Shown here: positions 9,014-18,485 of the stretch, piece after piece
How the letters are laid out: each line of letters opens with the position of its first letter
Numbering within the stretch: position 1 is the stretch's first letter
Origin: an uncultured Desulfospira sp.
Lineage (GTDB): Bacteria; Desulfobacterota; Desulfobacteria; Desulfobacterales; Desulfobacteraceae
Assembly (NCBI GenBank): GCA_963663165.1
Contig: OY760175.1
Location: 2,880,001-2,944,000 of the forward strand
Direction: 5' to 3'
DNA length: 64,000 nucleotides
The notes under the pieces: generated by a model
The model's database searches: none
Told to the model about the DNA's origin: nothing
What the model saw: the letters and a program-made list of their open reading frames with translations, nothing else
Translations under genes and position numbers: made by a program

Positions 9014-9966
9014 TTATTTTTTAGACTTGGGCCGCACCACAAGATGTTGAGATAAATTTAAAATCGATTTGAGCTTTTCAGTCGCAGCTATTCGCTTTTT
9101 GGGTTCCATCCTTGATATATTTTTTATCTTCCACTTTATCGCCGGCAGGTTTTCAAGACCTGAAATTGAAAGCAAGCTGAAATCAGGAATTCCCATTTTA
9201 ACAGACAATAGAAATTCCCGCTCATTTCTTGAAAGTTTGGATAATATTTGAGATGGTAACCCGTTACGTATTTTTTAAGTTCTTCATAACTAACATTTAT
9301 TGAAGACATACCTTTGAATTCAGATTCATATGCCTGTCTGAAATTTTGAAAATTTGGCGAAAGCAACTCAGACATGGGGCGATTATGACTTGCAAGGTAT
9401 ACAACAAACGCTTGACTGATTTCTGGATTTAGACCTTTTGTCTCAGAAAGGAGCTTAATATCAAACAAATCCCGTGGATGCTGACGATCCAAAGCCGCAC
9501 ATATCTTCCCGCCATATAGATCCGCTAAAGAAAGTACCGGGATCTCCATTTTCATTTTAAAAATATCAACGGCATTTTTACATACCGGTTTTAAAATCGG
9601 AGGATAACAACTTCCCCGGAATATCAAATTCGGCTCTATTTTAACCATACTGCTTCGGCTTCTAATGATCAGCTTGTATGTATAGTCCGTGCCTTTTATC
9701 TTTAATTCTTGGATCTGACAGTGCGGAACCAACCGGCTAACCTTATCTGAGATCCTGAATAGTGACTTTCCAATATCCTTTAAAGTTTCATCCCGTGGTT
9801 TAATTGGAAGAAAGGTTAAATCAATATCAACCGATACCCGTGGCATATTCAAATAAAAAAAATTCAAAGCTGTCCCGCCTTTTAAAGCAAAATCTTTTTC
9901 CTGCCCAACAATTGGAAGGACGGACAGCATCCATTTGGCCTGATCAAAATATTTATTCATTTTCAT
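9014..9966 (-). pseudogene. Type IV TA toxin AbiEii/AbiGii nucleotidyltransferase, frameshifted near the C-terminus
   Basis: FALKGGTALN, RVSVDIDL, GGKICAALDRQHPRDLFD; conserved-looking tail FLLSVKMGIPDF...LPAIKWKIKNI lies in another frame (ORF 9014-9208) after the T6 run at 9271-9276. Confidence 0.8.
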
Positions 9967-10757
9967 GGGATATCCGCCAAGTTGATTCCCGCGATCTCAT
10001 TGGGGACCGTTATTTGATATTTTTTATTTAAAATTCCATTAATCGCAACACGGCGCTTGCCTTTCCCCAGGTCAATCTTATTTATCTTCAATTTCTTGAA
10101 CCAGGGCATGTCATATGTGTCCGCAAAATAAAGAAATAATCGTTTTGCTTTAATAGAACTGCAAAATTCAAGGAGGGCTTGCACCACGTCATATCGTAGG
10201 GATAGAAGGCTCTCCATAAAATGCCCCGCCTCTTCAAACGAATGATAATTTGGAACCAGGCTGCACAGTTCCAGCATGGCCCGCTCGGGAGCAGACCCTC
10301 TTATTTCAAAACTGCCTGTATCAAAATGCATTAATCCAAAATCTGGTTGCGATGGGAAAATATTTAATCTTTTAAAACACAGCTCATCCTTCCATGGGTG
10401 TTTCATAAACCAGGCCGGCAATTGGATCTTTTTTGATGCAAAAAGATATACTTTTGCTGTTTGCCCCAATTGGAGATTATGTCCGAATCCAGATAATTCC
10501 AAAGCGGTTTTCCCGCCGGCATGCACACAAAGATTTAGTTGGCTCTGAACCGCATGCAATCCCCCGCGCCAGTCAACAGAATCCCCATATTGTATATAGG
10601 CGCCACTTCCTATTTTAGTTACCCAGGGCGCTTTCTGGTAATAATCTATCAGCTGCTGATATCCACCATAATCGCGAAACCATGCCAATGTCCCCACAGT
10701 TCCTTTGGGCCAGTTTCGTAGGATTCGGTTTAATATATTTCTATTTTCACCAGGCAT
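9963..10757 (-). CDS. Type IV TA antitoxin AbiEi
   Basis: HAGGKTALELSG, SAPERAMLE, CSSIKAKRLFLYFA, IDLGKGKR; 4-bp overlap with toxin gene. Confidence 0.88.
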   Translation of the reverse strand: MPGENRNILNRILRNWPKGTVGTLAWFRDYGGYQQLIDYYQKAPWVTKIGSGAYIQYGDSVDWRGGLHAVQSQLNLCVHAGGKTALELSGFGHNLQLGQTAKVYLFASKKIQLPAWFMKHPWKDELCFKRLNIFPSQPDFGLMHFDTGSFEIRGSAPERAMLELCSLVPNYHSFEEAGHFMESLLSLRYDVVQALLEFCSSIKAKRLFLYFADTYDMPWFKKLKINKIDLGKGKRRVAINGILNKKYQITVPNEIAGINLADIP

Positions 10758-11172
10758 TTTTGTGATTATAAAACAATATCAAACCAAATTCAAGCGGGCA
10801 GTTTAATATTATTTTGATTTAACAAGTTATATTTGTGATTTGTTATCCAATTTATCGGCTATAAATATGAAATTAACGAAACCGATATCAATTTCCGCAT
10901 ATAGGACCACCCCAATATATTGTGGTCGATAAATGACATTAAAGAACTCGCTACATAATGGTATAATTGGACTCTTTTCAAGAAATTATCCGGCCACCAC
11001 ATATTGTGCCCGCCTTGAAACGCTGGAAATAAATTTTATCGAAGATTAACATATTTCTCAGCCCATGAATTTAGATATGAAAATTGGTTCTCAATTGGGT
11101 CTATTTGGTTTAAACTTCCCAATTGGTATGAGTTGTTCGCCCACACCGCCTTTCCAAAAGGAGATTGACTCA

Positions 11173-12342
11173 GTGATCAAAAAAATTGTGGTGCTGATTT
11201 TGCTGCTGTGCGCAGGCGTTATCATATGGAAATGGGCACCGTCATTTTCGCAAAAATTATCTTCCGGCCCTTCCGGAACATCTTCCTCGCCGGTTGCCGT
11301 GGAAGCGGAAAAGGTCCGGACCGGCCCCATTGCCTTAAAACGGGTCTTCAGCGGGGAACTGGAAGCCAACGAAAAATTTGTGGTGGCCCCCAAGGTCAGC
11401 GGCCGGGTGGAGTTTCTGGCCGTGGACATCGGGGACAAGATCCGGCAGGGGCATCTGGTGGCCCGCCTGGATCATGAGGAATTCACCCTTGCCGTCACCC
11501 AGGCCCAGGCCGACCTTGCCGTGGCCCGGGCCGATGAAGCCCGGGCCCAAAGCAGTCTGGAGATTGCCGGCCGGGACATGAAGCGCATCGAAACCTTAAA
11601 AATAAGGGAGGTCTCTTCGGAAGCCCAGCTGGATGAGGCAAGGTCCAGGCAGATGGTGGCCAAAGCCGGGCTGGAAATTGCCAGGGCCAATGTGACCCGG
11701 GCCAGCGCGGCCCTGGAAACGGCCCGGGTCCGGCTGGGGTACACCGAGGTTAAGGCTGACTGGAGCGGAACCGATGATGCCCGGGTGGTGGCCCGGACTT
11801 TCGTGGCCCAGGGAGACATGGTTTCGGCCAACTCCCCCATGGTTTCGGTGGTGGATTTAGATCCCATTATCGGGGTGATCTGGGTGACGGAAAAAGATTA
11901 CGGCCGGCTTGAAACCGGCCTTCAGGCCGAACTGACCACAGACGCTTTTCCCGGCCGGATTTTTTGGGGCAAAGTGGCCAGAATTGCGCCGGTCTTCCGG
12001 GAGGACACCCGCCAGGCCCGGGTGGAGCTGACCGTGGACAACGGCGGCCATGACCTGAAACCGGGCATGTTCATCCGGGCCGGCCTGGTTCTGGATGAGG
12101 TGCCCGACGCCGTGATTGTGCCCGAAAGCGCCCTGACCCGGCGGGACGGCGAAACCGGGGTCTTTCTCATTGAAGAAAAGGATGCTGCCGTGGTGTGGCA
12201 GCCGGTCACCCCGGGCATCCGGGACGGGGACCAGGTTCAGGTGTCCGGAATTTCATCCGGCGGCCGGGTGGTCACCCTGGGCCAGCAGATGCTGGACAAC
12301 GGGTCTAACATTGTGGTCCCTGGAAAGGACCAGCCCCAATGA
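11173..12342 (+). CDS. RND efflux periplasmic adaptor (MFP)
   Basis: N-terminal TM, VAPKVSGRV lipoyl-like motif, coiled coil, LKPGMF; GTG start after AAGGAG. Confidence 0.9.
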   Translation: MIKKIVVLILLLCAGVIIWKWAPSFSQKLSSGPSGTSSSPVAVEAEKVRTGPIALKRVFSGELEANEKFVVAPKVSGRVEFLAVDIGDKIRQGHLVARLDHEEFTLAVTQAQADLAVARADEARAQSSLEIAGRDMKRIETLKIREVSSEAQLDEARSRQMVAKAGLEIARANVTRASAALETARVRLGYTEVKADWSGTDDARVVARTFVAQGDMVSANSPMVSVVDLDPIIGVIWVTEKDYGRLETGLQAELTTDAFPGRIFWGKVARIAPVFREDTRQARVELTVDNGGHDLKPGMFIRAGLVLDEVPDAVIVPESALTRRDGETGVFLIEEKDAAVVWQPVTPGIRDGDQVQVSGISSGGRVVTLGQQMLDNGSNIVVPGKDQPQ

Positions 12343-14732
12343 ACCTGCCCGGATTCAGTGTCAGGCGTCCGGTATTCACCACCATGGTGACCCTGATCAT
12401 CCTGGTGGTCGGGTCCGTGGCCTTAAGCCGCCTCCAGATTGATATGCTGCCGGATGTGGAAATGCCCACCCTGATGATCCGGACCGATTACGAAGGGGCC
12501 GGCCCTGAAATCATGGAGCGCCTGGTGACCCGGATTATCGAGGAAATCGTATCCACGGTATCCGGGGTGGCGGATATGACCTCCACCTCCTCAGAGGGCA
12601 GAAGCAATATCAGTTTAAGTTTTGTCTGGGGCACGGATATCAATATGGCCGCCCTGGATGTCCGGGCCGTGATAGAAGATGAAATCAACGAACTGCCCGA
12701 TGACGTGGTCCGCCCCCGGATCAGGAAATTTGATGTCAATTCCTTTCCGGTGGTGATTCTGGGGATCACCGGCCGGCTGGACCCGGTGGAGCTGACCCAG
12801 CTCATTGAGGACCAGGTCCGTTACCGGTTTGCCCGGATTCCCGGGGTGGCCCAGGTGGACCTGTGGGGCGGGTTTACCCGGGAGGTGCGCGTTGAACTTT
12901 TCCCGGACCGGATCAAGGCCCTGGGGCTGCCCCTGGACCACATCATTCAGGCCCTGCGCGATGCCAACCTGGACGAACCCACCGGCCGCCTGGACCAGGG
13001 GCGGTACTCTGTGGTGCTCCGGGCGCCGGCCGAGTACACCGATCTGGACCAGATCCGGGACACCATTGTGTTTCAGCAGCCGGGCGGCGCGGTCCGGTTA
13101 GGGCAGATCGCCGAGGTTAAAGAGACCTATGAAAAGCGGACCCGCATCATCCGGGTCAACGGGGAGCAGGGCATCCGGGTGGCCATCCGCAAGGAGTCCA
13201 ACGCCAACACCGTGGAGGTTTCCAAACTGATCCTGGCCCAGATCGACGAAATCAATGCCGCCCTTCCCCAGATCCATGTGGTGCCGGTGACCAACCAGGG
13301 CAACTTTATTGAACGTTCCATCCGGAATGTGGCCAAGTCCGTCATGGTCGGCTCGGGCCTGGCGGTTCTGGTGCTGCTCTTTTTTCTAAGGACCGTGAGA
13401 AGCACCCTGGTCATCTCCTTGTCCATTCCCATCTCCATGGTGGCCACCTTTGCCCTGATGTTTTTCGGAAAATTCACCCTTAACCTCATGACCCTCGGGG
13501 GGCTGGCCTTAGGGGCCGGCATGATGGTGGACAGTTCCATTGTGGTGCTGGAAAACATCTTTCGCCGGAAATCGGAAAACAACGAAACCCCGGAGCAGGC
13601 TTCTGTGGCAGGGGCAACAGAGATGGGACCGGCCATTCTGGCCGGCACCGCCACCACCCTGGTGATTTTTCTGCCCCTGATTTTTGTCCGGGGGGTCTCC
13701 GGGATTTTGTTCACTGAAATGGCCTATGTCATTATTTTTTCTCTGATCTGCGCCCTGCTGGTCTCCTTGTCCCTGGTGCCCATGCTGACCTCAAAGCTGC
13801 TGGCCTTTAAACCGGCCTACGGAAGGGCGCCGTCTTCAGAGCTGGACCGGCTTTTTAACCTGTCCGGAGTTCTTTTTGACCGGCTGGTGTCCGGGTATAC
13901 CAGGATTCTGGCCCAGGTTTTGAACCACCCCAAAACAACGGTAGTCCTCTCTTTTGCCCTGCTGGCGGCAAGCCTTGTGCTGGTGCCCGAAATCGGCACG
14001 GAACTGCTGCCCCCCAGTGACGAAGGCGAAGTCCAGATTTCCGGGAAGATGGAGCAGGGCACCCGGCTGGAACTGGTGGACCGGCAGGCCCGGCTCATGG
14101 AGGCCCTGGTCTATCCGGCCGTGCCCGAGGCGGTCTCTTCTGTGATCAGTCTCGGGGCGTCAGGCCGGAACCCCGGTGAAACGGCCAGGGCACAGATCAG
14201 CATCTCCCTTGTGCCCTCCTCTTTCAGGGAGCGGTCCAATGAAGAGATTGCAGCGGATTTAAGAGGCCGCCTTGCCGGAAAAATTCCGGGCATGGAGATC
14301 CGGACCCGGGCCCCCCAGGGCCAGTTTCTGCTGGACCGGATTTTGGGGAGCGATGAGGGGATCACAGTGGATGTCCGGGGCAGGGACCTGTCCGTCCTTG
14401 ACAGCCTTTCCCGGAAGGTGGCCGAGGTGGTCCGAAACGTTCCGGGGATCACGGATGTTGAGATCAGCCGGGAAGACGGGATTCCCCAGCAGGAGATCAT
14501 GGTTGACCGGGACAAGGCCGCAGACTTGGGATTTTCAGTCAAAGACATCACCGGCATGCTCTCCACGGCGGTTGTGGGGACCAAGGCCGGAGAGTACCGC
14601 ACCGGGGGCGATTCCTGCCGGATCCTGGTCCAGCTCAAAGATGCGGAAAAACGGCCCATGTCGGAACTTCTGGACCTGATCCCTGCGGTCTATTCCCTGT
14701 TTCATCCTGAAAAACAGGAGCCTGCCCCATGA
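12339..14732 (+). CDS. RND efflux permease (AcrB family), internally deleted (797 aa)
   Basis: MNLPGFSVRRPV, SIPISMVATF, GMMVDSSIVVLENI; most second-half TM helices missing although the terminal LIPAVYSLF motif is retained. Confidence 0.85.
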   Translation: MNLPGFSVRRPVFTTMVTLIILVVGSVALSRLQIDMLPDVEMPTLMIRTDYEGAGPEIMERLVTRIIEEIVSTVSGVADMTSTSSEGRSNISLSFVWGTDINMAALDVRAVIEDEINELPDDVVRPRIRKFDVNSFPVVILGITGRLDPVELTQLIEDQVRYRFARIPGVAQVDLWGGFTREVRVELFPDRIKALGLPLDHIIQALRDANLDEPTGRLDQGRYSVVLRAPAEYTDLDQIRDTIVFQQPGGAVRLGQIAEVKETYEKRTRIIRVNGEQGIRVAIRKESNANTVEVSKLILAQIDEINAALPQIHVVPVTNQGNFIERSIRNVAKSVMVGSGLAVLVLLFFLRTVRSTLVISLSIPISMVATFALMFFGKFTLNLMTLGGLALGAGMMVDSSIVVLENIFRRKSENNETPEQASVAGATEMGPAILAGTATTLVIFLPLIFVRGVSGILFTEMAYVIIFSLICALLVSLSLVPMLTSKLLAFKPAYGRAPSSELDRLFNLSGVLFDRLVSGYTRILAQVLNHPKTTVVLSFALLAASLVLVPEIGTELLPPSDEGEVQISGKMEQGTRLELVDRQARLMEALVYPAVPEAVSSVISLGASGRNPGETARAQISISLVPSSFRERSNEEIAADLRGRLAGKIPGMEIRTRAPQGQFLLDRILGSDEGITVDVRGRDLSVLDSLSRKVAEVVRNVPGITDVEISREDGIPQQEIMVDRDKAADLGFSVKDITGMLSTAVVGTKAGEYRTGGDSCRILVQLKDAEKRPMSELLDLIPAVYSLFHPEKQEPAP

Positions 14733-16252
14733 CACGGAAACGGAACTTTATCCGGGCATTGGTTTTCCTAGCTGTTTTTGTTCCGGCAGGGCTTGGGGAG
14801 GCCGCCACTGAAGCCCGGGACCGGGCTATGGCCTCCCATGCTCCGGTGTTTAAACAAGTGCCGCCCCCGGTGCCGGAAGGGCCGGGACAGCCCCTTTCCA
14901 TCAGCCTTGAACAGGCGGTTTTCCTGGCCTTGAAAAACAACCGGGATCTTCACATTCAGCAGCTGGCCCCGGTGGTGGCCGGGACCTATGAGCAGATTGA
15001 ACTGGGGGTGTTTGATCCGGCGCTTTTTGCAGATCTGTCCTGGGGCCGGGAGATGGACGATGCCCAAAGCCAGGACCGGCTGATGGCGGCCCGGGCCGGG
15101 GTTACCCGGAAACTGGCTGCCGGGACAACCCTTGCGGCGGGTCTTTCCTATGAGAAGGACTCCTCTGAAGACAGCGGCTCCCGCCACAACACCCGGCTGG
15201 GGGTTTCCGTAACCCAGGCATTACTTAAAGGGCGGGGCGCTGCGGTGAACCTGATCGGCGTAAAACAGCGGGAAATGGATACCCTGGCCAGTGTCTATCA
15301 GCTTGAGGGGTTTACCCAGGCCCTGGTGGCCCGGACGGAAACGGCCTATTGGAACCATGTCCTGGCCGTCAAAGAGATTGAAATTTTTCAGCGGTCCCTT
15401 GAGGTGGCGGCCCAGCAGCGGGACGAGGTGGAACAGCAGATCGGGGTGGGCCTCCTTCCCCGGAACGAGGCGGCCGCCGCCCTGGCCGAAGAGGCCATAC
15501 GGGAACAGGCCCTGATCAATGCCCAAAGCCTGGTGGAAGAACGCCGCCTTTCCCTGCTTCAAATCATCAACGCCCAAAACCCGGATACGGCCGTTGAAAC
15601 CGTCAGCGTCCCGGCCGTTCACGGGCAGGACCTGGGGGAGAATCAACAGCGGGTTGACCTGGCCCTGGCATCCCGCCCGGACCTTAAGGAGGCTAAATTA
15701 AAACTGGACCGGAACGAACTGGACCTTACGGTCACGAAAAACGGCCTTTTGCCCCGGCTGGATTTTTTCATGGATCTGGGGATCATGGGATACGGAAACA
15801 GCCCCGGGGAGAGCATGGAAAACATCTCCACAGACACCTATGATATTGGCGCCGGGATCCATCTGAGCCGGAGTGCGGGAAACCGTGAGGCCAAGGCCCG
15901 GTTCAGGGCGGCTGCCGCAACAAGGGCCCAGGCCGAGATCGCCCTGGACAACCTGCGCCACCGGATCCGGTTCCAGGTCAGCCTGGCCGTCAACGAAGTG
16001 AACCGGACCCGGCAGCAGATTTTTGCCTCCCGTAAAACCCGTGAATACGAGGAAAAGACCGTGGTCTCAGAACAGGAACGGTTCAAGGTCGGGTCCGGGA
16101 CCTCCCTTCTGGTGGCCCAGGCCCAGCGGGACCTGCTCTCCAGCCGGATCGCCGAAGTCCGGGCCGTAATCAACTATCGCATCGCCCTGGTCAACCTTTT
16201 TCTGGCTGAAGGCTCTTTGCTGGAGCGCCGGGGGATTGTTCTTGAGAAGTGA
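14729..16252 (+). CDS. TolC family outer membrane efflux protein
   Basis: ISLEQAVFLALKNNRDL, RPDLKEA, ERFKVG...LLVAQAQRDL; coupled to the RND genes. Confidence 0.88.
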   Translation: MTRKRNFIRALVFLAVFVPAGLGEAATEARDRAMASHAPVFKQVPPPVPEGPGQPLSISLEQAVFLALKNNRDLHIQQLAPVVAGTYEQIELGVFDPALFADLSWGREMDDAQSQDRLMAARAGVTRKLAAGTTLAAGLSYEKDSSEDSGSRHNTRLGVSVTQALLKGRGAAVNLIGVKQREMDTLASVYQLEGFTQALVARTETAYWNHVLAVKEIEIFQRSLEVAAQQRDEVEQQIGVGLLPRNEAAAALAEEAIREQALINAQSLVEERRLSLLQIINAQNPDTAVETVSVPAVHGQDLGENQQRVDLALASRPDLKEAKLKLDRNELDLTVTKNGLLPRLDFFMDLGIMGYGNSPGESMENISTDTYDIGAGIHLSRSAGNREAKARFRAAAATRAQAEIALDNLRHRIRFQVSLAVNEVNRTRQQIFASRKTREYEEKTVVSEQERFKVGSGTSLLVAQAQRDLLSSRIAEVRAVINYRIALVNLFLAEGSLLERRGIVLEK

Positions 16253-16275
16253 CCATTAAAAGAAAGGAGGGAACA

Positions 16276-16752
16276 TTGGGAACCCATCTGCGGGAAGCAG
16301 CGGTAAAAGGGCTGGCCTTAGGGGATACCTTTACCATCACCCGGACCTTTTCCCACAAGGAAACCCAAGCGTTCGGGGACCTGACAAAGGATTACAACCC
16401 CGTCCATTACGATGAGCGGTGGACCGATGCCAAAGGGTTTGACGGCCTGATCTGCCATGGTTTGCTGGTGGGGGGAATGATCTGCGAATTCGGCGGCCAG
16501 GTGGGGTGGCTGGCCTCGGGCATGGCGTTTAAATTCATTAAGCCGGTCTATTTCAACGACACCATTGAGTGCCGGATCAAATTAACCGCCCTGGATGAAA
16601 CGGGCCGGGCCGAGGCCGAAGGAAGGTTTTTCAACCAGCATAAGGACCAGGTCGCCTGGGTAAGGCTCAAGGGACGGCTGCCCCTGGACACTGAAAAAAA
16701 GATCCTGGCCGGGATGATGGCCGAAGGGGACCCGACCAACCCCCTGGCCTGA
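16276..16752 (+). CDS. MaoC-family (R)-hydratase/dehydratase
   Basis: FGDLTKDYNPVHYD, ICHGLL, FIKPVYFND; TTG start after AAGGAGG (16249 is an alternative start). Confidence 0.85.
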   Translation: MGTHLREAAVKGLALGDTFTITRTFSHKETQAFGDLTKDYNPVHYDERWTDAKGFDGLICHGLLVGGMICEFGGQVGWLASGMAFKFIKPVYFNDTIECRIKLTALDETGRAEAEGRFFNQHKDQVAWVRLKGRLPLDTEKKILAGMMAEGDPTNPLA

Positions 16753-16841
16753 TCTCCAAAAAATCCGGTCCGGCCTTTTACACACAACAGGCGCATAAAA
16801 TTATAACAGGGTAACATACCCCAAGCCCGGGAGTTTTTCAC

Positions 16842-17750
16842 ATGTCACACGGTTCAGATTCATTAAAAAGTATTTTTTTTGCCTTGGGAGCCAATCTTTC
16901 CATTGCCGTTTCAAAATTTGCGGCGGCCATGGTCACCGATTCCGGCTCCATGATGGCGGAATCCATCCATTCCCTGGCGGATTCGGGAAATCAGTTATTG
17001 CTTCTTCTCGGCCTTAAACGCTCCAAACGGCCTCCGTCACCCGAATACCCCTTAGGCCACGGAAAGGCGATCTATTTCTGGTCCTTTGTGGTTGCCCTGA
17101 TTCTGTTTTCCGTTGGCGGCATGTATTCCATCTATGAGGGATTTCACAAAATAGCACACCCCGAACCCTTAAGTTATCCCATTGTGGCTGTGGGCGTTTT
17201 ATTGTTCTCCATTGCCGCCGAAGGCGTCTCCATGTGGGGATGCCTCAGAGAGATCAATAAGGGACGCAAAGGCCGGTCATTGATTAAATGGTTTAAGGAA
17301 ACCCGCCAAAGCGAACTTATCGTTGTTTTCGGTGAGGACTTGGCAGCCCTTCTCGGCCTTTGCTTTGCCATTATCGCGGTGGTCTGTTCCATTATCACGG
17401 GCAACCCCTTTTATGACGCCCTAGGAAGCATTGTGATCGGATTTTTACTGGTGCTGGTGGCCTTTTTTATCGGCATGGAAGTCAAGGGTCTGCTCATCGG
17501 CCAGGGGGTGGAACCTGATTTAAAACGGGAGATGGTTCAGTTTTTTGAAAACAGGACCGAAATCCGGCAGGTATTTAACCTGGTCACCCTTCAGCTGGGC
17601 AATGACGTGATGGTTGCCGTGAAAGCAAGAATGGAAAATTTTGACTGCGCCCGGGAAATGGTCAAGGCCGTCAATCTGTGCGAAGCCGCTTTCAAGTCCC
17701 AATATCCCCAGGTGTTATGGCTGTTCTTTGAGCCGGATATCGAAGACTGA
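16842..17750 (+). CDS. Cation diffusion facilitator family transporter
   Basis: AESIHSLADSGNQ, YPLGHGK, EDLAALLG, FFEPD. Confidence 0.9.
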   Translation: MSHGSDSLKSIFFALGANLSIAVSKFAAAMVTDSGSMMAESIHSLADSGNQLLLLLGLKRSKRPPSPEYPLGHGKAIYFWSFVVALILFSVGGMYSIYEGFHKIAHPEPLSYPIVAVGVLLFSIAAEGVSMWGCLREINKGRKGRSLIKWFKETRQSELIVVFGEDLAALLGLCFAIIAVVCSIITGNPFYDALGSIVIGFLLVLVAFFIGMEVKGLLIGQGVEPDLKREMVQFFENRTEIRQVFNLVTLQLGNDVMVAVKARMENFDCAREMVKAVNLCEAAFKSQYPQVLWLFFEPDIED

Positions 17751-17752
17751 AA

Positions 17753-18307
17753 GTGCGAACCCATATCCATGATGCCGGAAAATACAAATCAATGAGTATC
17801 CTTATGATGACTAAAGACAGTCCCGCCTGCCCCTGCGGCAGCACCAATGAGTATCAGGCCTGCTGTTTTCCCTGTATCAGCGGCAGCCGGCCGGCAGCGA
17901 CCCCTGAAAGCCTGATGCGTTCAAGGTTCACGGCTTTCAGTCTTAAAGACCCGGGCTACCTTGTCAAAACCCTTGACCCGGAACAGCTGGCGGCTTTCGG
18001 CGGGGAAATTCCCCTGCTGGCCCAGTTAACGCAGACCATGGCCGTGACGGACTGGCTCGGGCTAAAAGTGCTGGGCAGCGGCCAGGAAGGGCCGGACCGG
18101 GGCTGGGTGGAATTTGCGGCCTTCTTTTCCCGGGACGGCAAACTGGGCCAGCTCCATGAGAAATCCGCCTTTATTAAAAAGCAGGGGCTCTGGTATTACA
18201 AAGACGGCGACATCCTGCCGAATATCTCCTTAGGCAGAAACCAGCCCTGTTTCTGCGGTTCCGGCAAAAAATTCAAGCACTGCCACGGCCCGGGGGAGTG
18301 GCTATAA
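17753..18307 (+). CDS. ychJ: YchJ family protein with SEC-C motifs
   Basis: CPCGS...CC, PESLMRSRFTAF, HEKSAF...WYYKDG, GRNQPCFCGSGKKFKHCH; true start may be a downstream ATG. Confidence 0.85.
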   Translation: MRTHIHDAGKYKSMSILMMTKDSPACPCGSTNEYQACCFPCISGSRPAATPESLMRSRFTAFSLKDPGYLVKTLDPEQLAAFGGEIPLLAQLTQTMAVTDWLGLKVLGSGQEGPDRGWVEFAAFFSRDGKLGQLHEKSAFIKKQGLWYYKDGDILPNISLGRNQPCFCGSGKKFKHCHGPGEWL

Positions 18308-18392
18308 AAGCTGCTTTGGACGATTTATAAATTCTCATCCGCGATATTCCGGCCAAAGGAATTCAGAATGTTAAGCCTGACCTCTCTGAAAG

Positions 18393-18443
18393 CAGGGCAA
18401 TCGCGTGTAAAAAAGCAGTCCATCCCGGAATGAAGTGAATGGA
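18393..18443 (+). repeat. ~50-bp dispersed repeat family B, copy 2
   Basis: CAGGGCAATCGCGTGTAAAAAAGCAGTCCATCCCGGAATG. Confidence 0.75.
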
Positions 18444-18485
18444 ACGGCCGGACTGCCTGATTTGTTTCAGGCCGGCCGCGGCTGT

